DNA from: Myxococcota bacterium
Lineage (GTDB): Bacteria > Myxococcota_A > UBA9160 > UBA4427
Direction: 5' to 3'
Assembly (NCBI GenBank): GCA_963169575.1
Contig: CAUJGH010000231.1
Span: 1-42,230, forward strand
Length of the DNA stretch: 42,230 nucleotides
The notes below the pieces were generated by a model. That model ran no database searches and was not told where the DNA came from. It was given only the letters and a program-made list of their open reading frames with translations. Of the stretch, positions 1 through 9,213 are shown piece after piece. Within the stretch, counting starts at the first letter, position 1; every line of letters begins with the position of its first letter. Both the position numbers and the translations under genes were made by a program.

Positions 1-383
1 AAATAGGCGTAGAGGGAGGTCGCCAGCGTGAGCAGGGCAACGTAGGCGGATTCGGGCTCGCGCTGGAAGGCTGCCTCGGTGATGACGGGGGTCATGAGAA
101 GCTTCCAGCGAAGGGCACGGCGCTGGATGACGGGGTCCTCGATGGCCTGGGCGATCGTGTCGGACGTCGCGATGATCGTCGATTCGAAACGGCTCGCATA
201 CTGCAGGGTGGCCTCGCGAAGCTCCTCCTTCGAGATGCGCTCCTTGTTGAAGGTCTTGCTCGCGAGGTTGCCGATAGACTGACTGCCCGGGATCAGGCGA
301 CACGCGCCGAGCATGAGGCTGAGGTGCAGGCCGACCAGGACGAAGGCGAAGCGGCGCTGGCTCGTCACGTTTCGGATGCTCAT
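1..383 (-). CDS. Hypothetical lipoprotein, N-terminal part (gene continues beyond the left window edge)
   Basis: Hand translation of the minus strand from ATG at 381-383 gives MSIRNVTSQRRFAFVLVGLHLSLMLGAC... with a lipobox-like LGAC. The frame stays open to position 1. It is absent from the ORF track because there is no stop inside the window. Confidence 0.45.
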   Translation of the reverse strand, partial: MSIRNVTSQRRFAFVLVGLHLSLMLGACRLIPGSQSIGNLASKTFNKERISKEELREATLQYASRFESTIIATSDTIAQAIEDPVIQRRALRWKLLMTPVITEAAFQREPESAYVALLTLATSLYAY

Positions 384-496
384 CGTCGGCCTGACCGTCC
401 TGGCCGGGTGCGCGAATCGGCTTCCCCCGCCGCCGAGCGCGCGCTTCCCCCGCCAGGGTCGCTTCTTGAATGCGAGGGTCCCATCCCCAATTCTGT

Positions 497-2848
497 TCAT
501 GGATTCGTCGCTTCGAGACGCGCGAGCGCCGCGTGATGACGAGCCGCCGCGGCCGCGTTCCCCGCGTCCGAATGAAAGCTGACGAGCGCCTCGCGCACGG
601 CGCGATCGCCCGGATGCGCCGCCGCCGTCGCCTCGAGGCGCTCGATCGCCTCCCGGACCTTGCCCGCCGAGTGCAGCGCGACCGCATGGACGTAGGCGAA
701 CCGGATCGAATCCGGATCGAGGTCCACCGCCCGCGCGAGATCCGCCTCCGCCTGGGACATCCGCCCGGCGCGGACGCGCGCGAGGCCCCGCGCGTGGTGC
801 AACGCAGCGCTCTCGGGCATCCGCGCTAGCGCGGCATCGAGCGTTCGAATCGCTTCCGCCTCGAGGCCGAGCGCGCGCTCGAGATCCGCGAGATTGATGT
901 GCGCCGGCTCGTAGCGGGGCTCGATCGAGATCGCGACAGCGAGCTCGCGGCGCGCGCCCTCGGCGTCGCCCCGCTCGGCGAGGAATACGCCGAGCTGGGT
1001 CCGGGCCTCCGCACGATCCGCGTCCCGGCGCAGCGATGCCTCGTACTCGGCCGCCTCCTGCTCGTAGACCGCCCGCACGGCCGGTGACAGCTCCCGCGCG
1101 AAGGCGGTCAGCATGCGCACGGCCTCGAAGCGCAGCGCCCGGAGCGGATCCCTCAGAGCCTCCTCCGCAACCGAGATCCGAGCCTCGCCGGGCGCGCTCG
1201 CGAGTCCCTCGAGCGCACCGAGTCGCACGAGCGCGTCCGGGTCGCCCACGGCCCGAACGAGTGCTTCCGCCGAGGATCGGCCCAGCGATCCATCGAGACG
1301 CGCGAGCGCCGCCGCGCGCACGATCGAGGGCTGCGACGAATCGGCCGCGACCGCACGCAGCGCCGGACCGGCCTCCGGCGCGCCGATCTCGCTCGCGTGG
1401 AAGGCCGCGGCGTGGCGCTCGAATCCCTGCGCAGGCCTGCCGCGCCACCTGCGCAGGGTCTCGTCGGCCCAGCGGACCGGTCGCTCCGCATGACAGCTCT
1501 GGCAGGCATTCGGGACCCCGAGCGAGACCGTCTGATCCGGCCGCGGGACGCGCAGGCTGTGGTCGTGACGCGGGTCGATCATCATGTAGGTCTTCGTCGG
1601 CATGTGGCATGCGACGCATTGGCTCCCGCTCGACGCAGGCGCGTGGCGATGGTGGTCGGGGGTCGCGTACTTCGACGGCGCGTGACAGCTCGCGCAGAGT
1701 GCGTTGCCCTCGGCGCGCGGCTTGCCCGAATGTGGATCGTGGCAATCGCTGCAGGTGACGCCCTTCGCGTGCATGCGGCTCTGGAGGAAGGAGCCCCAGC
1801 TGAACACCTCGTCGTCCTGCTGGCCGTCGGCGAAGTAGAGACCGGGGTCGAGGAGCGACGGGCGATGGTGGTCGAGGAAGGGCTCGCCGGCGACATGGCT
1901 CTCGGTGATGTTGCTGCGGCGGGCATGACAGGGCGCGCAGACGTCGAGCTCGCGACTGGTCGTCCGGGGCGCCGAGCGCAGCGGGTTCCCGCTCGTCGGA
2001 TCGATCGTCCAGCGAATCCCCCGCCGCTCGTCGAGGTGCGCCACGAGCCCCATTTCGGATCCATCGCGCGAGGCGCGCTGCGGCTGCGGAGAGCCACTCG
2101 CCGCGTCGCCCGTGCGGCTCGTTGCCCAGCGGATGTGCTCGGCGCCGGGACCGTGGCAGCTCTCGCATCCGACGCCCAGCTCTTCCCAGCGCGATTCGAA
2201 CTGGGCGCGCTGTGCGTCGAAGCGCTTGCGGAAGCCCGTGACGTGGCAGTCGGCGCAGACGTGGTTCCAGTTCTGCGAAGGTCGCGAGAAATGCAGCGGG
2301 TCCGTCGCATCGAGGGTGGCCTCGGGGTAGAGGTTGAACCAGCGCTGGCCGCCTGCCGACTCCGGTCGGGTATCCCAGGCCCAGGGCAGGACCTGCACCC
2401 GGCCGTCGACCGCTTCGAGCAGGTACTGCTGGAGCGGGTCGACGCCGAAGGTGCCCGATATCCGAAGCACGCCGTCGTCCGCCTTCGCATCGGGATCGAC
2501 CCGACCGCGCGCGGCCCGGTCGCGGGATACCCTGTAGCCGCCGCCCTCGCGCCCGAAGGTGACGGCGCCGCCCCCCTCGCGGAGCTCTTCGCCGCCGAAG
2601 GGTGCCTTCACGCTCCCGGTCGTCGCGAAGGCCATCGCCGCCCGGTGCTGCGAGCGCTCCCAGCTCGCCGCCGCGTCCGCATGACACGCGACGCAGGCCG
2701 CACTGCCCACGAAGCTCGGCTTCGAGGCAGACGTGCTCCCGGACGCAGCTTCGCGCGCGCTGTCGTCGGAGCCGCAGCCGAGCGGGGCGCAGGCGGCGAG
2801 CCATGCGGCGCCCATGCGCAGGCCGGTTGCGATCGAGCGATCCGTCAT
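497..2848 (-). CDS. Multiheme (8 x CXXCH) c-type cytochrome with C-terminal TPR repeats, secreted
   Basis: 783-aa ORF with an N-terminal signal-like segment. Eight CXXCH motifs are present: CVACH, CADCH, CESCH, CAPCH, CSDCH, CASCH, CVACH, CQSCH. The C-terminal ~250 aa is Ala/Leu/Arg-rich and TPR-like (..AEAIRTLDAALARMPESAALHHARGLA..). Confidence 0.85.
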   Translation of the reverse strand: MTDRSIATGLRMGAAWLAACAPLGCGSDDSAREAASGSTSASKPSFVGSAACVACHADAAASWERSQHRAAMAFATTGSVKAPFGGEELREGGGAVTFGREGGGYRVSRDRAARGRVDPDAKADDGVLRISGTFGVDPLQQYLLEAVDGRVQVLPWAWDTRPESAGGQRWFNLYPEATLDATDPLHFSRPSQNWNHVCADCHVTGFRKRFDAQRAQFESRWEELGVGCESCHGPGAEHIRWATSRTGDAASGSPQPQRASRDGSEMGLVAHLDERRGIRWTIDPTSGNPLRSAPRTTSRELDVCAPCHARRSNITESHVAGEPFLDHHRPSLLDPGLYFADGQQDDEVFSWGSFLQSRMHAKGVTCSDCHDPHSGKPRAEGNALCASCHAPSKYATPDHHRHAPASSGSQCVACHMPTKTYMMIDPRHDHSLRVPRPDQTVSLGVPNACQSCHAERPVRWADETLRRWRGRPAQGFERHAAAFHASEIGAPEAGPALRAVAADSSQPSIVRAAALARLDGSLGRSSAEALVRAVGDPDALVRLGALEGLASAPGEARISVAEEALRDPLRALRFEAVRMLTAFARELSPAVRAVYEQEAAEYEASLRRDADRAEARTQLGVFLAERGDAEGARRELAVAISIEPRYEPAHINLADLERALGLEAEAIRTLDAALARMPESAALHHARGLARVRAGRMSQAEADLARAVDLDPDSIRFAYVHAVALHSAGKVREAIERLEATAAAHPGDRAVREALVSFHSDAGNAAAAARHHAALARLEATNP

Positions 2849-2929
2849 TGCGTGGTGGACGTCATGCTGCTCCCCGAGCCGCTTGCCCTCGCGCCGGAGG
2901 ATCGCGATCCGGTGACCGACCGGATTCGG

Positions 2930-3955
2930 CTAGTCGGCGAAGATCCGCTTCCAATCACTCTTCATGCCGACCACGATCCAGCCGTCCCGCTTCGCGTGCT
3001 CTTCGAGCGCCGGTGTGAAGGCCCCGATCGCGACGTTGCGAAGTCCGCGGGCGGGCCCGTAGGCGTACTCGCGCTTCTCGTCGTCGTGAAGGACGAGCAG
3101 CATGAAGCGCGCGCCAGGGCCGCCCTGGGTGTACTCCAACATCTGCTGATCGCCGTCGGAGTTTCCGAAGGCCATGACCGGCCGGCGGCCGATGTGCTGA
3201 TGGATGGCGACCGGCTTGCCGGACTTGTCGTCGTTGAAGTTCAGCTCGGGCAGGCGAACGAGGATCGGCTTGCCGTCCTTCATCTCGAATTTCGTCTTGA
3301 TGCTGCTGCCGATCACCTGTTCGGGCGGAATCCCGTAGACCGCCTCGGCCCACGGTCGCATGAACTCGATACCCCCGCCGGAAACGATGAAGGTCTTGAA
3401 CCCGTTCGCGCGCAGGTAGGCCAGGACCTCCAGCATGGGCTGGTAGACCATCCGCGTATAGGGTCTTCCGGTCTTCGGATGCCTCGACGCGGTGATCCAG
3501 TCCTTCACGATCTGCTCGAACTCGGTCGTCGTCATGCCCGCGTGCGTCGCCATCACGAGCTCGAGGAGCGCGTGCTCTCCCCCGGCCAGCGCGTTCTTCA
3601 GATCGCCCTTCAGGACGGACGCGAAGGGCTCCTCCGACTTCCATTCGGGATGCTGCGGCGCCAGTCTCTCGACGCGGTCGAGCGCGAAATGGAGTTGGAC
3701 CGGGATCGGCTGCTCGCACCAGAGCGTCCCGTCGTTGTCGAACACTGCGATGCGCTCCGGGACCGGTACGAAATCCGGCGATCCCGGCCGCGTCACCTTC
3801 GAGACGAATTCGACGATCGACGACTTCGCCGCCCCCTCGTTCCAGGACGGCAACGGATCCGCCGCTCGAGCGAGACCGGCCGCGAAGGTCGACGGGACGG
3901 CGAGCGCAATCGCGAACGCGAGCACGATGAGATCGCGGATTCGTGAAGACTTCAT
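2930..3955 (-). CDS. Secreted HAD-superfamily (subfamily IB-like) hydrolase/phosphatase
   Basis: Start trimmed to MKSSRIRDLIVLAFAIALAVPSTFAAG (signal peptide). HAD motif I is FDNDGTLW. FIVSGG and GNSDGD motifs follow. Confidence 0.8.
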   Translation of the reverse strand: MKSSRIRDLIVLAFAIALAVPSTFAAGLARAADPLPSWNEGAAKSSIVEFVSKVTRPGSPDFVPVPERIAVFDNDGTLWCEQPIPVQLHFALDRVERLAPQHPEWKSEEPFASVLKGDLKNALAGGEHALLELVMATHAGMTTTEFEQIVKDWITASRHPKTGRPYTRMVYQPMLEVLAYLRANGFKTFIVSGGGIEFMRPWAEAVYGIPPEQVIGSSIKTKFEMKDGKPILVRLPELNFNDDKSGKPVAIHQHIGRRPVMAFGNSDGDQQMLEYTQGGPGARFMLLVLHDDEKREYAYGPARGLRNVAIGAFTPALEEHAKRDGWIVVGMKSDWKRIFAD

Positions 3956-4066
3956 GGGAATCGATCTCCCGGGTGGGGCGGGCTCCTCGCACGCGGGGCG
4001 TCGTCGTGTCGAGGTCGGAGCAAAGGCGGGGTGGGGTGCTCCGGCGAGCATCCCACCCCGGCCGCT

Positions 4067-5755
4067 CTACTTGCTGATCTTCTGGCCTTCACCCAGGGTC
4101 GCCATCACGGCGTCCATGTTGAAGCTGGCCGCCTTCTGGCGCTGCGGGAACTCCTCGAAGCTCTCGAGGAACTTCCCCACGAACCCCTGGGCGGGAACGA
4201 GAAGGAAGATGTGGTCGAGTAGCCAGTCGTAGTAGGTGTTCGACGTGATGTCCGCGCGCTCGTACGGGTCGGTGCGGAGATTGAAGATCTTGGGAACGCG
4301 CAGGTTGACGAAGGGCTCGGCCCAGATCTGCAGGGTGCCCTGCTGTCGCTGCTCCATGAAGACGAACTTCCAGTTGTCGTAGCGGAGTCCGGTCAGCTGT
4401 TGGTCGTCGTTGATGTACAGGAACGACTCGCGCGGGCTCTTCTCCACCTCGCCCGTCAGGTACGGAACGAGGTTGTCTCCGTCGAGGTGGACCTTGAACT
4501 TCGAGCCGCCGACCTTTGCGCCCTTTTGGAGCTCGTCCTTGACCCCGTCGTTTCCCGCCATGGCCAGGAAGGTCGGCAGCCAGTCGTGGTGCGCGACCAT
4601 CTCGTTCGAGATCTGGCCCGGCTTGATCCTGCCCGGCCAGCGAACCATCGCCGGGACCCGATAGGCGCCTTCCCAGTTCGAGTTCTTCTCGTTGCGGAAG
4701 GGCGTCATCGCCGCGTCGGGCCAGCTGTTCATGTGCGGGCCGTTGTCGGTGCTGTACATGACGAAGGTGTCGTCCGCGATCCCGAGCTCGTCGATCGCCG
4801 CGAGGATCTCGCCGACGTTCTTGTCGTGGTCGATCATGGTGTCGTGGTACGGGCTCTGCCAGCGGCCGGACTGACCGATGCTCTCGGGCTTCGTGTGGGT
4901 GCGGAAATGCATGTGCGAGAAGTTGATCCACACGAACGCCGGGACGCCGGCTGCGTTCTGGCGCTTGATGAAATCGATCGCGCGCGCCGCGACGTCGTCG
5001 TCGATCGTGACCATCCGCGCCTTGGTCAGAGGGCCGGTATCCGTGCAGGCCTGCTTGCCGACCGGGCCGAAGCGCGGGTCGTTCGTCTTGTCGACGCTCG
5101 CCGTCGCCTTGCAGTCCATCACGCCGCGGGGACCGAACCGGGCCTTGAACGCCGGATCCTTCGGATAGTCGGGCAGCTCCGGCTCTTCCTCGGCGTTCAG
5201 GTGGTAGAGGTTGCCGTAGAACTCGTCGAAGCCGTGGACGGTCGGAAGGAACTCGTTCCGGTCGCCGAGGTGGTTCTTGCCGAACTGGCCGGTGGCATAG
5301 CCCTGGGCCTTCAGGAGCTCGGCGATCGTCGGGTCTTCCTTCTGGAGTCCGATCGGCGCCCCCGGCAGGCCGACCTTCGTGAGCCCCGTTCGCAGTCCGG
5401 ATTGCCCCGTCAGGAACGACGCGCGGCCGGCGGTGCAGCTCTGCTCGGCGTAGTAGTCGGTGAACATCATGCCTTCGCGGGCGACCCGGTCGATGTTCGG
5501 CGTCTTGTAGCCCATCACGCCGTGGGAGTAGGCGCTGACGTTCGACTGGCCGACGTCGTCGCCCCAGATGATCACGATGTTGGGCTTCCGCGACGCGTCG
5601 TCCACCTGCGCCGAGACCGGCGGAGCCGCAGACGCGAGCGCGACACCCGCTGCGAGACCCAGGGCCGCCCGGAATCGTATCGGTCGGGTCGGGCTGACGG
5701 GCTTCGGCCCGCCGAGAGCCGAGCTCGCCATGCCGATGATCGTGGGATCCATCAT
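4067..5755 (-). CDS. Arylsulfatase (formylglycine-type sulfatase family)
   Basis: Active-site segment YYAEQSCTAGRASFLTGQ (a C-x-A-x-R variant of the sulfatase signature), with sulfatase-like blocks throughout. Start set at MMDPTI.. (ATG 5753-5755), preceded by GGAGAG. A signal-like ALGLAAGVALASAAPPVSA follows. Confidence 0.9.
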   Translation of the reverse strand: MMDPTIIGMASSALGGPKPVSPTRPIRFRAALGLAAGVALASAAPPVSAQVDDASRKPNIVIIWGDDVGQSNVSAYSHGVMGYKTPNIDRVAREGMMFTDYYAEQSCTAGRASFLTGQSGLRTGLTKVGLPGAPIGLQKEDPTIAELLKAQGYATGQFGKNHLGDRNEFLPTVHGFDEFYGNLYHLNAEEEPELPDYPKDPAFKARFGPRGVMDCKATASVDKTNDPRFGPVGKQACTDTGPLTKARMVTIDDDVAARAIDFIKRQNAAGVPAFVWINFSHMHFRTHTKPESIGQSGRWQSPYHDTMIDHDKNVGEILAAIDELGIADDTFVMYSTDNGPHMNSWPDAAMTPFRNEKNSNWEGAYRVPAMVRWPGRIKPGQISNEMVAHHDWLPTFLAMAGNDGVKDELQKGAKVGGSKFKVHLDGDNLVPYLTGEVEKSPRESFLYINDDQQLTGLRYDNWKFVFMEQRQQGTLQIWAEPFVNLRVPKIFNLRTDPYERADITSNTYYDWLLDHIFLLVPAQGFVGKFLESFEEFPQRQKAASFNMDAVMATLGEGQKISK

Positions 5756-5940
5756 CTCTCCTTTTCCATCTCGAGGTTTCAAGCGACGAGATGCCGCGCG
5801 TGCGTCGTGCCGCGGTCCGAATATCTGCCGGAGACACGAAGATCCAAGCTGAATGATGTGCATCCGGTGATTCGCATAATGGCGCATCCCGGGACGCGAG
5901 GTCCAATGCCTGTCGCTGCCTGCTTTGATAACTTGCACGC

Positions 5941-6873
5941 ATGAAGATCGATCTGCGCCAGCTGCGTCACCTTCTCGCCATCGATCGACACCGCAACTTC
6001 GCCCGCGCCGCCGACGCCCTCGGCCTGACCCAGCCCGGCCTGACCCGCAGTCTCCAGATGCTCGAAAAGTCCGTCGGCGCGCGTTTGTTCGACCGGGACC
6101 GGGCGCACGTCGAGCCGACTGCAGTCGGCACCGGATTGATCGAGCGGGCTCGGCCGCTGCTCGATCAGGCGCGCCAGATCGAATGGGACCTCGCGCGGAT
6201 GCTCGAGGTCGAGATCGGCCTGTTGCGGATCGGCGCCGGTCCGTTTGCGTCGGAGCTGTCGGTCGGCGTCGCGATCGGACGTCTGTTGCGATCCCATCCC
6301 CAGCTGCTGGCCGATCTCTCGGCCGGTGATTGGCCGGCCCTGCAGGCTCGGGTCATCTCGGGCGAGCTCGATCTCGCGGTCTCCGAGACGAGCCTCGCGG
6401 TCGACGACGGCCGGCTCTGCGTCGAGCCGCTCCCGAAGCATCGCGGGGTGCTGTTCTGCCGCGCGAACCACCCGCTGCTCGCTCCGGGGCGCGGCTCGGA
6501 TGCGCTGAGCCTTCACGACGTCGGGAAGTTCCCGCTCGTCCTGGCAAGTCTCCCGTTCCGCTTTCCGGACTGGAGCTCGAGCGCGGGCAGTGAGTCTGCG
6601 CCGGCTCATGCGAGCGGATTGCGAACGCCGCGGATTCGCGTCGAGAGCCTCGCCCTGGCGCGCAGCATCGTGTTGGAGAGCGACGCCGTGAGCGTCGCGG
6701 TCCCCCGACAGATCGCAGAGGAGATCCGGGACGGCCGCTTCGTCGCGCTGCCGCTCGCCCCGCCCTGGCTCGAGACGAGCTACGGCATCATCCGGCGGGC
6801 GGACCGAACGCTTTCGCCCGCCGCCGATGCGTTCCTGAAGATCTTGAAGCAGGTCGAGGCCGAGCTCGCATGA
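5941..6873 (+). CDS. LysR-family transcriptional regulator, divergent from the sulfatase gene
   Basis: N-terminal HTH MKIDLRQLRHLLAIDRHRNFARAADALGLTQPGLTRSLQMLE. The 310-aa length and C-terminal substrate-binding domain are typical of LTTRs. Confidence 0.9.
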   Translation: MKIDLRQLRHLLAIDRHRNFARAADALGLTQPGLTRSLQMLEKSVGARLFDRDRAHVEPTAVGTGLIERARPLLDQARQIEWDLARMLEVEIGLLRIGAGPFASELSVGVAIGRLLRSHPQLLADLSAGDWPALQARVISGELDLAVSETSLAVDDGRLCVEPLPKHRGVLFCRANHPLLAPGRGSDALSLHDVGKFPLVLASLPFRFPDWSSSAGSESAPAHASGLRTPRIRVESLALARSIVLESDAVSVAVPRQIAEEIRDGRFVALPLAPPWLETSYGIIRRADRTLSPAADAFLKILKQVEAELA

Positions 6874-7293
6874 ACGCGATCCGCTGGTGGCGATGACTCG
6901 GCAGGGCTGGACGTGCAGGACGTCGATGCTCGAGGTTCGCCGAGCCGATGGCTCGCTGATGCGACGGATCGCAGAGCGCTTGCAGGTCGGGGCTGGAAGG
7001 CGGAGCGCTCTCCAGGTCGGAGTCCGACCCGGGTCGCGCCGGAGTTCGCCGAGGGGGCCGCGAAGCAACGGGCCCTCGAACGCCGGGCGAAGGTCAAGCA
7101 GGAGAAGCTCTGCCTCCCCGCGGTTCGTCTCGGGTAGGACGGGCGGATCTCTCGATCCAGCCCGGCTTCGTCGGGCGCGAGCTCCGACTCGCGCCGATCG
7201 AAGCGGCGCATCGGGGCGATTCGAGTCGCCGGCCCTTTCCCGGCGTCGAAACGAGCTAGGCTCGGCGCGGCCCATGCCAGGAGGGGAAGCTCG

Positions 7294-8577
7294 ATGCGCG
7301 CACTGCAAGGATGGGGGCTTGGATCGGCTGCTTGTACTCTCGCGGTCGGCCTCGGCGCCTCCGCTGCCCTCCTCGTCGCCGACGCCGCCTCGGCCGGCGG
7401 CCTCTACGTCAACGAGTTCTCGACGACCGCTCAGGCCAACGCCGGCGCGGGACGCGGCGCGTGGGCTCCCGACGCGTCGGTCGCGCTCCACAACCCCGCG
7501 GCGATGACCCGCCTCGATGACCACGGCTTCGCCGCGGGCTTTTCGGCGGCGGTCGGCCGGATCCAATTCGATCCCACCGCGGACTCGCCGAGCGGCAATT
7601 CGAGCGGCGGCAACCAGGCGGGCTTCGCCCCCCTCGCGGGTTCGAGCTATGTCCACCGGATCTCGGACCGACTGCGCTTCGGACTCTCCTTCTACTCGCT
7701 CTCCGGCTCGATCCTCGATCCCGACGACAGCTGGGCCGGGCGTTTCCAGCTGCGCGAGATCTCGCTGCTCACGATCAGCGTCTCGCCGACCCTCGCCGTC
7801 CGCCTGACGGACTGGCTCTCGGTCGGCGGCGGACCGCTCGTGACCTATGGCGTGCTCGATTGGAACCTGAAGGCCGACGTTCTCGGCGACGAGCGGAACA
7901 TCCGACTGGACCATCTCAACGACGTCCAGGCGGCGGGTCGGGTCGGGCTCTTGCTGCATCCGACGGAGGATCTGTCGGTCTCGGTCTATTACAACTCCGA
8001 GACCGACTTCGAGCTGAGCGGCAACGCGGAGGGAGCGATCGGCCTGAACCCGAACCTCGACTCCGAGCTTCCCCTCGCCCAGTTCATCGAGGTCGGCGTC
8101 GCCTGGCAGGCGACCGAGAAGCTCGCCCTGCTCGGGACCTTCGACTGGGAGGACTGGAGCGAGGCCGGAGAGCTCGCGATCACGATCGGCGGGACCAGCG
8201 TCGACGCCGCGACCGGCTTCGAGGACACCTACAAGATCGGCGTCGGCGCCAACTACCGGATCCGCCCCGACTGGCTGCTGCAGACGGGCGTGATGTACGA
8301 CTCGAGCCCGCTTCGCAACCGGGACCGCACGGTGGCGCTGCCGCTCGACGAGCAGTGGCGCTTTGCGCTCGGCGCCCAACACGACCTCAGCGAGGCGACG
8401 ACCGTCGGATTCTCGCTCGTCTACGTGAACCTCGGCCAGGCAGAGGTCCGCAAGGACACGGTGCGAGGCGACTACAAGCGCAACCACCTCTTCGTGCTCG
8501 GCGGGACGCTCGCCTTCAAACGACTGCCCTGGAGCGGCAAGCTGACGTTCGGGGGCGGTGCGCCCTCGAACGGCTGA
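7294..8577 (+). CDS. Outer-membrane transport protein, FadL/OmpP1/TodX-like
   Basis: Signal peptide, then GGLYVNEFSTTAQANAGAGRGAWAPDASVALHNPAAMTRL, which resembles the FadL-family N-terminus. The rest shows an alternating beta-strand pattern. Confidence 0.7.
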   Translation: MRALQGWGLGSAACTLAVGLGASAALLVADAASAGGLYVNEFSTTAQANAGAGRGAWAPDASVALHNPAAMTRLDDHGFAAGFSAAVGRIQFDPTADSPSGNSSGGNQAGFAPLAGSSYVHRISDRLRFGLSFYSLSGSILDPDDSWAGRFQLREISLLTISVSPTLAVRLTDWLSVGGGPLVTYGVLDWNLKADVLGDERNIRLDHLNDVQAAGRVGLLLHPTEDLSVSVYYNSETDFELSGNAEGAIGLNPNLDSELPLAQFIEVGVAWQATEKLALLGTFDWEDWSEAGELAITIGGTSVDAATGFEDTYKIGVGANYRIRPDWLLQTGVMYDSSPLRNRDRTVALPLDEQWRFALGAQHDLSEATTVGFSLVYVNLGQAEVRKDTVRGDYKRNHLFVLGGTLAFKRLPWSGKLTFGGGAPSNG

Positions 8578-9213
8578 TTCGATCGCCGAGCTCGAGCGAA
8601 GAAGGGCGAAGGACCCTGCCGAAATCGTTCCAGATTGCGGCAATCCGACGTTCGCCGAGGGATTCAGGGGCGCAGTCGTCAACTGCGGCGAGTACGACTC
8701 ACGGATCCATTCGTCTGCAGCGTCGTCCAGCCGTGCGCTCCCGCGTTGCCCTGGCAGAACGACGATCGAGTCGGGGTGATCGCGGTCCTGGGCGGTCTCG
8801 GCGACGCCTATCCGCCCAAGATGGTTCGGACGCTCGATCCGCGGCCCTTCCAGAAGGCGGGGCCACCGGCCTGCCCGACATCGTCATTGGAATCGACTCC
8901 GGCCTCTGCGGTCGGGTGTGGACGGCATGCGTGAACTCGGCGGGGGTCTGCCGCCGGACAGTCGCCTGATTCGGGGGTTTGGGGTCGTTTTCGGGTCGCT
9001 GGCATGAATTCGCCTCCACGCGCCCGTCGATCTCGCCATATTCGTTCCCGTTCCGTCACCCGTTCTTCACATTCGATTGGTTTCCTGCACGCGCCATTCA
9101 CCGAAATGGCATGGCCGTTCATCGTGCGCAGCAAGACCGGGCCCGAACAGAGGCTTCGGGAGCGCCAGCTTCGACCCGGACGACCCGGGTCGATCCAGAG
9201 GGGAGAATCGTTC

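Noticed and set aside
1397-3946. 849-aa plus-strand ORF
   Set aside because: It lies antisense to the multiheme cytochrome and HAD hydrolase genes. It has no motifs and the same high-GC artefact composition.
2930-4051. Full-length track ORFs with long N-terminal extensions (e.g. 2930-4051, 4067-5938, 9004-10533, 11328-12869, 14579-15571, 16550-18103, 39312-41111)
   Set aside because: The extensions are Arg/Pro-rich and precede obvious signal peptides or conserved N-termini. Internal starts with Shine-Dalgarno-like sequences or ATGA coupling were preferred.
5779-8682. 967-aa minus-strand ORF, the longest in the track
   Set aside because: It lies antisense to the LysR and FadL-like genes, which have clear family motifs. 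Its translation is Arg/Ala/Gly/Pro-rich noise, typical of open antisense frames in ~70% GC DNA.
8578-9213. ORFs 8699-9019 and 8808-9521 (minus strand) in the long spacer upstream of the porin gene
   Set aside because: Their translations have no signal, motif or family resemblance and overlap each other. The region is treated as non-coding, though a small gene or sRNA cannot be excluded.
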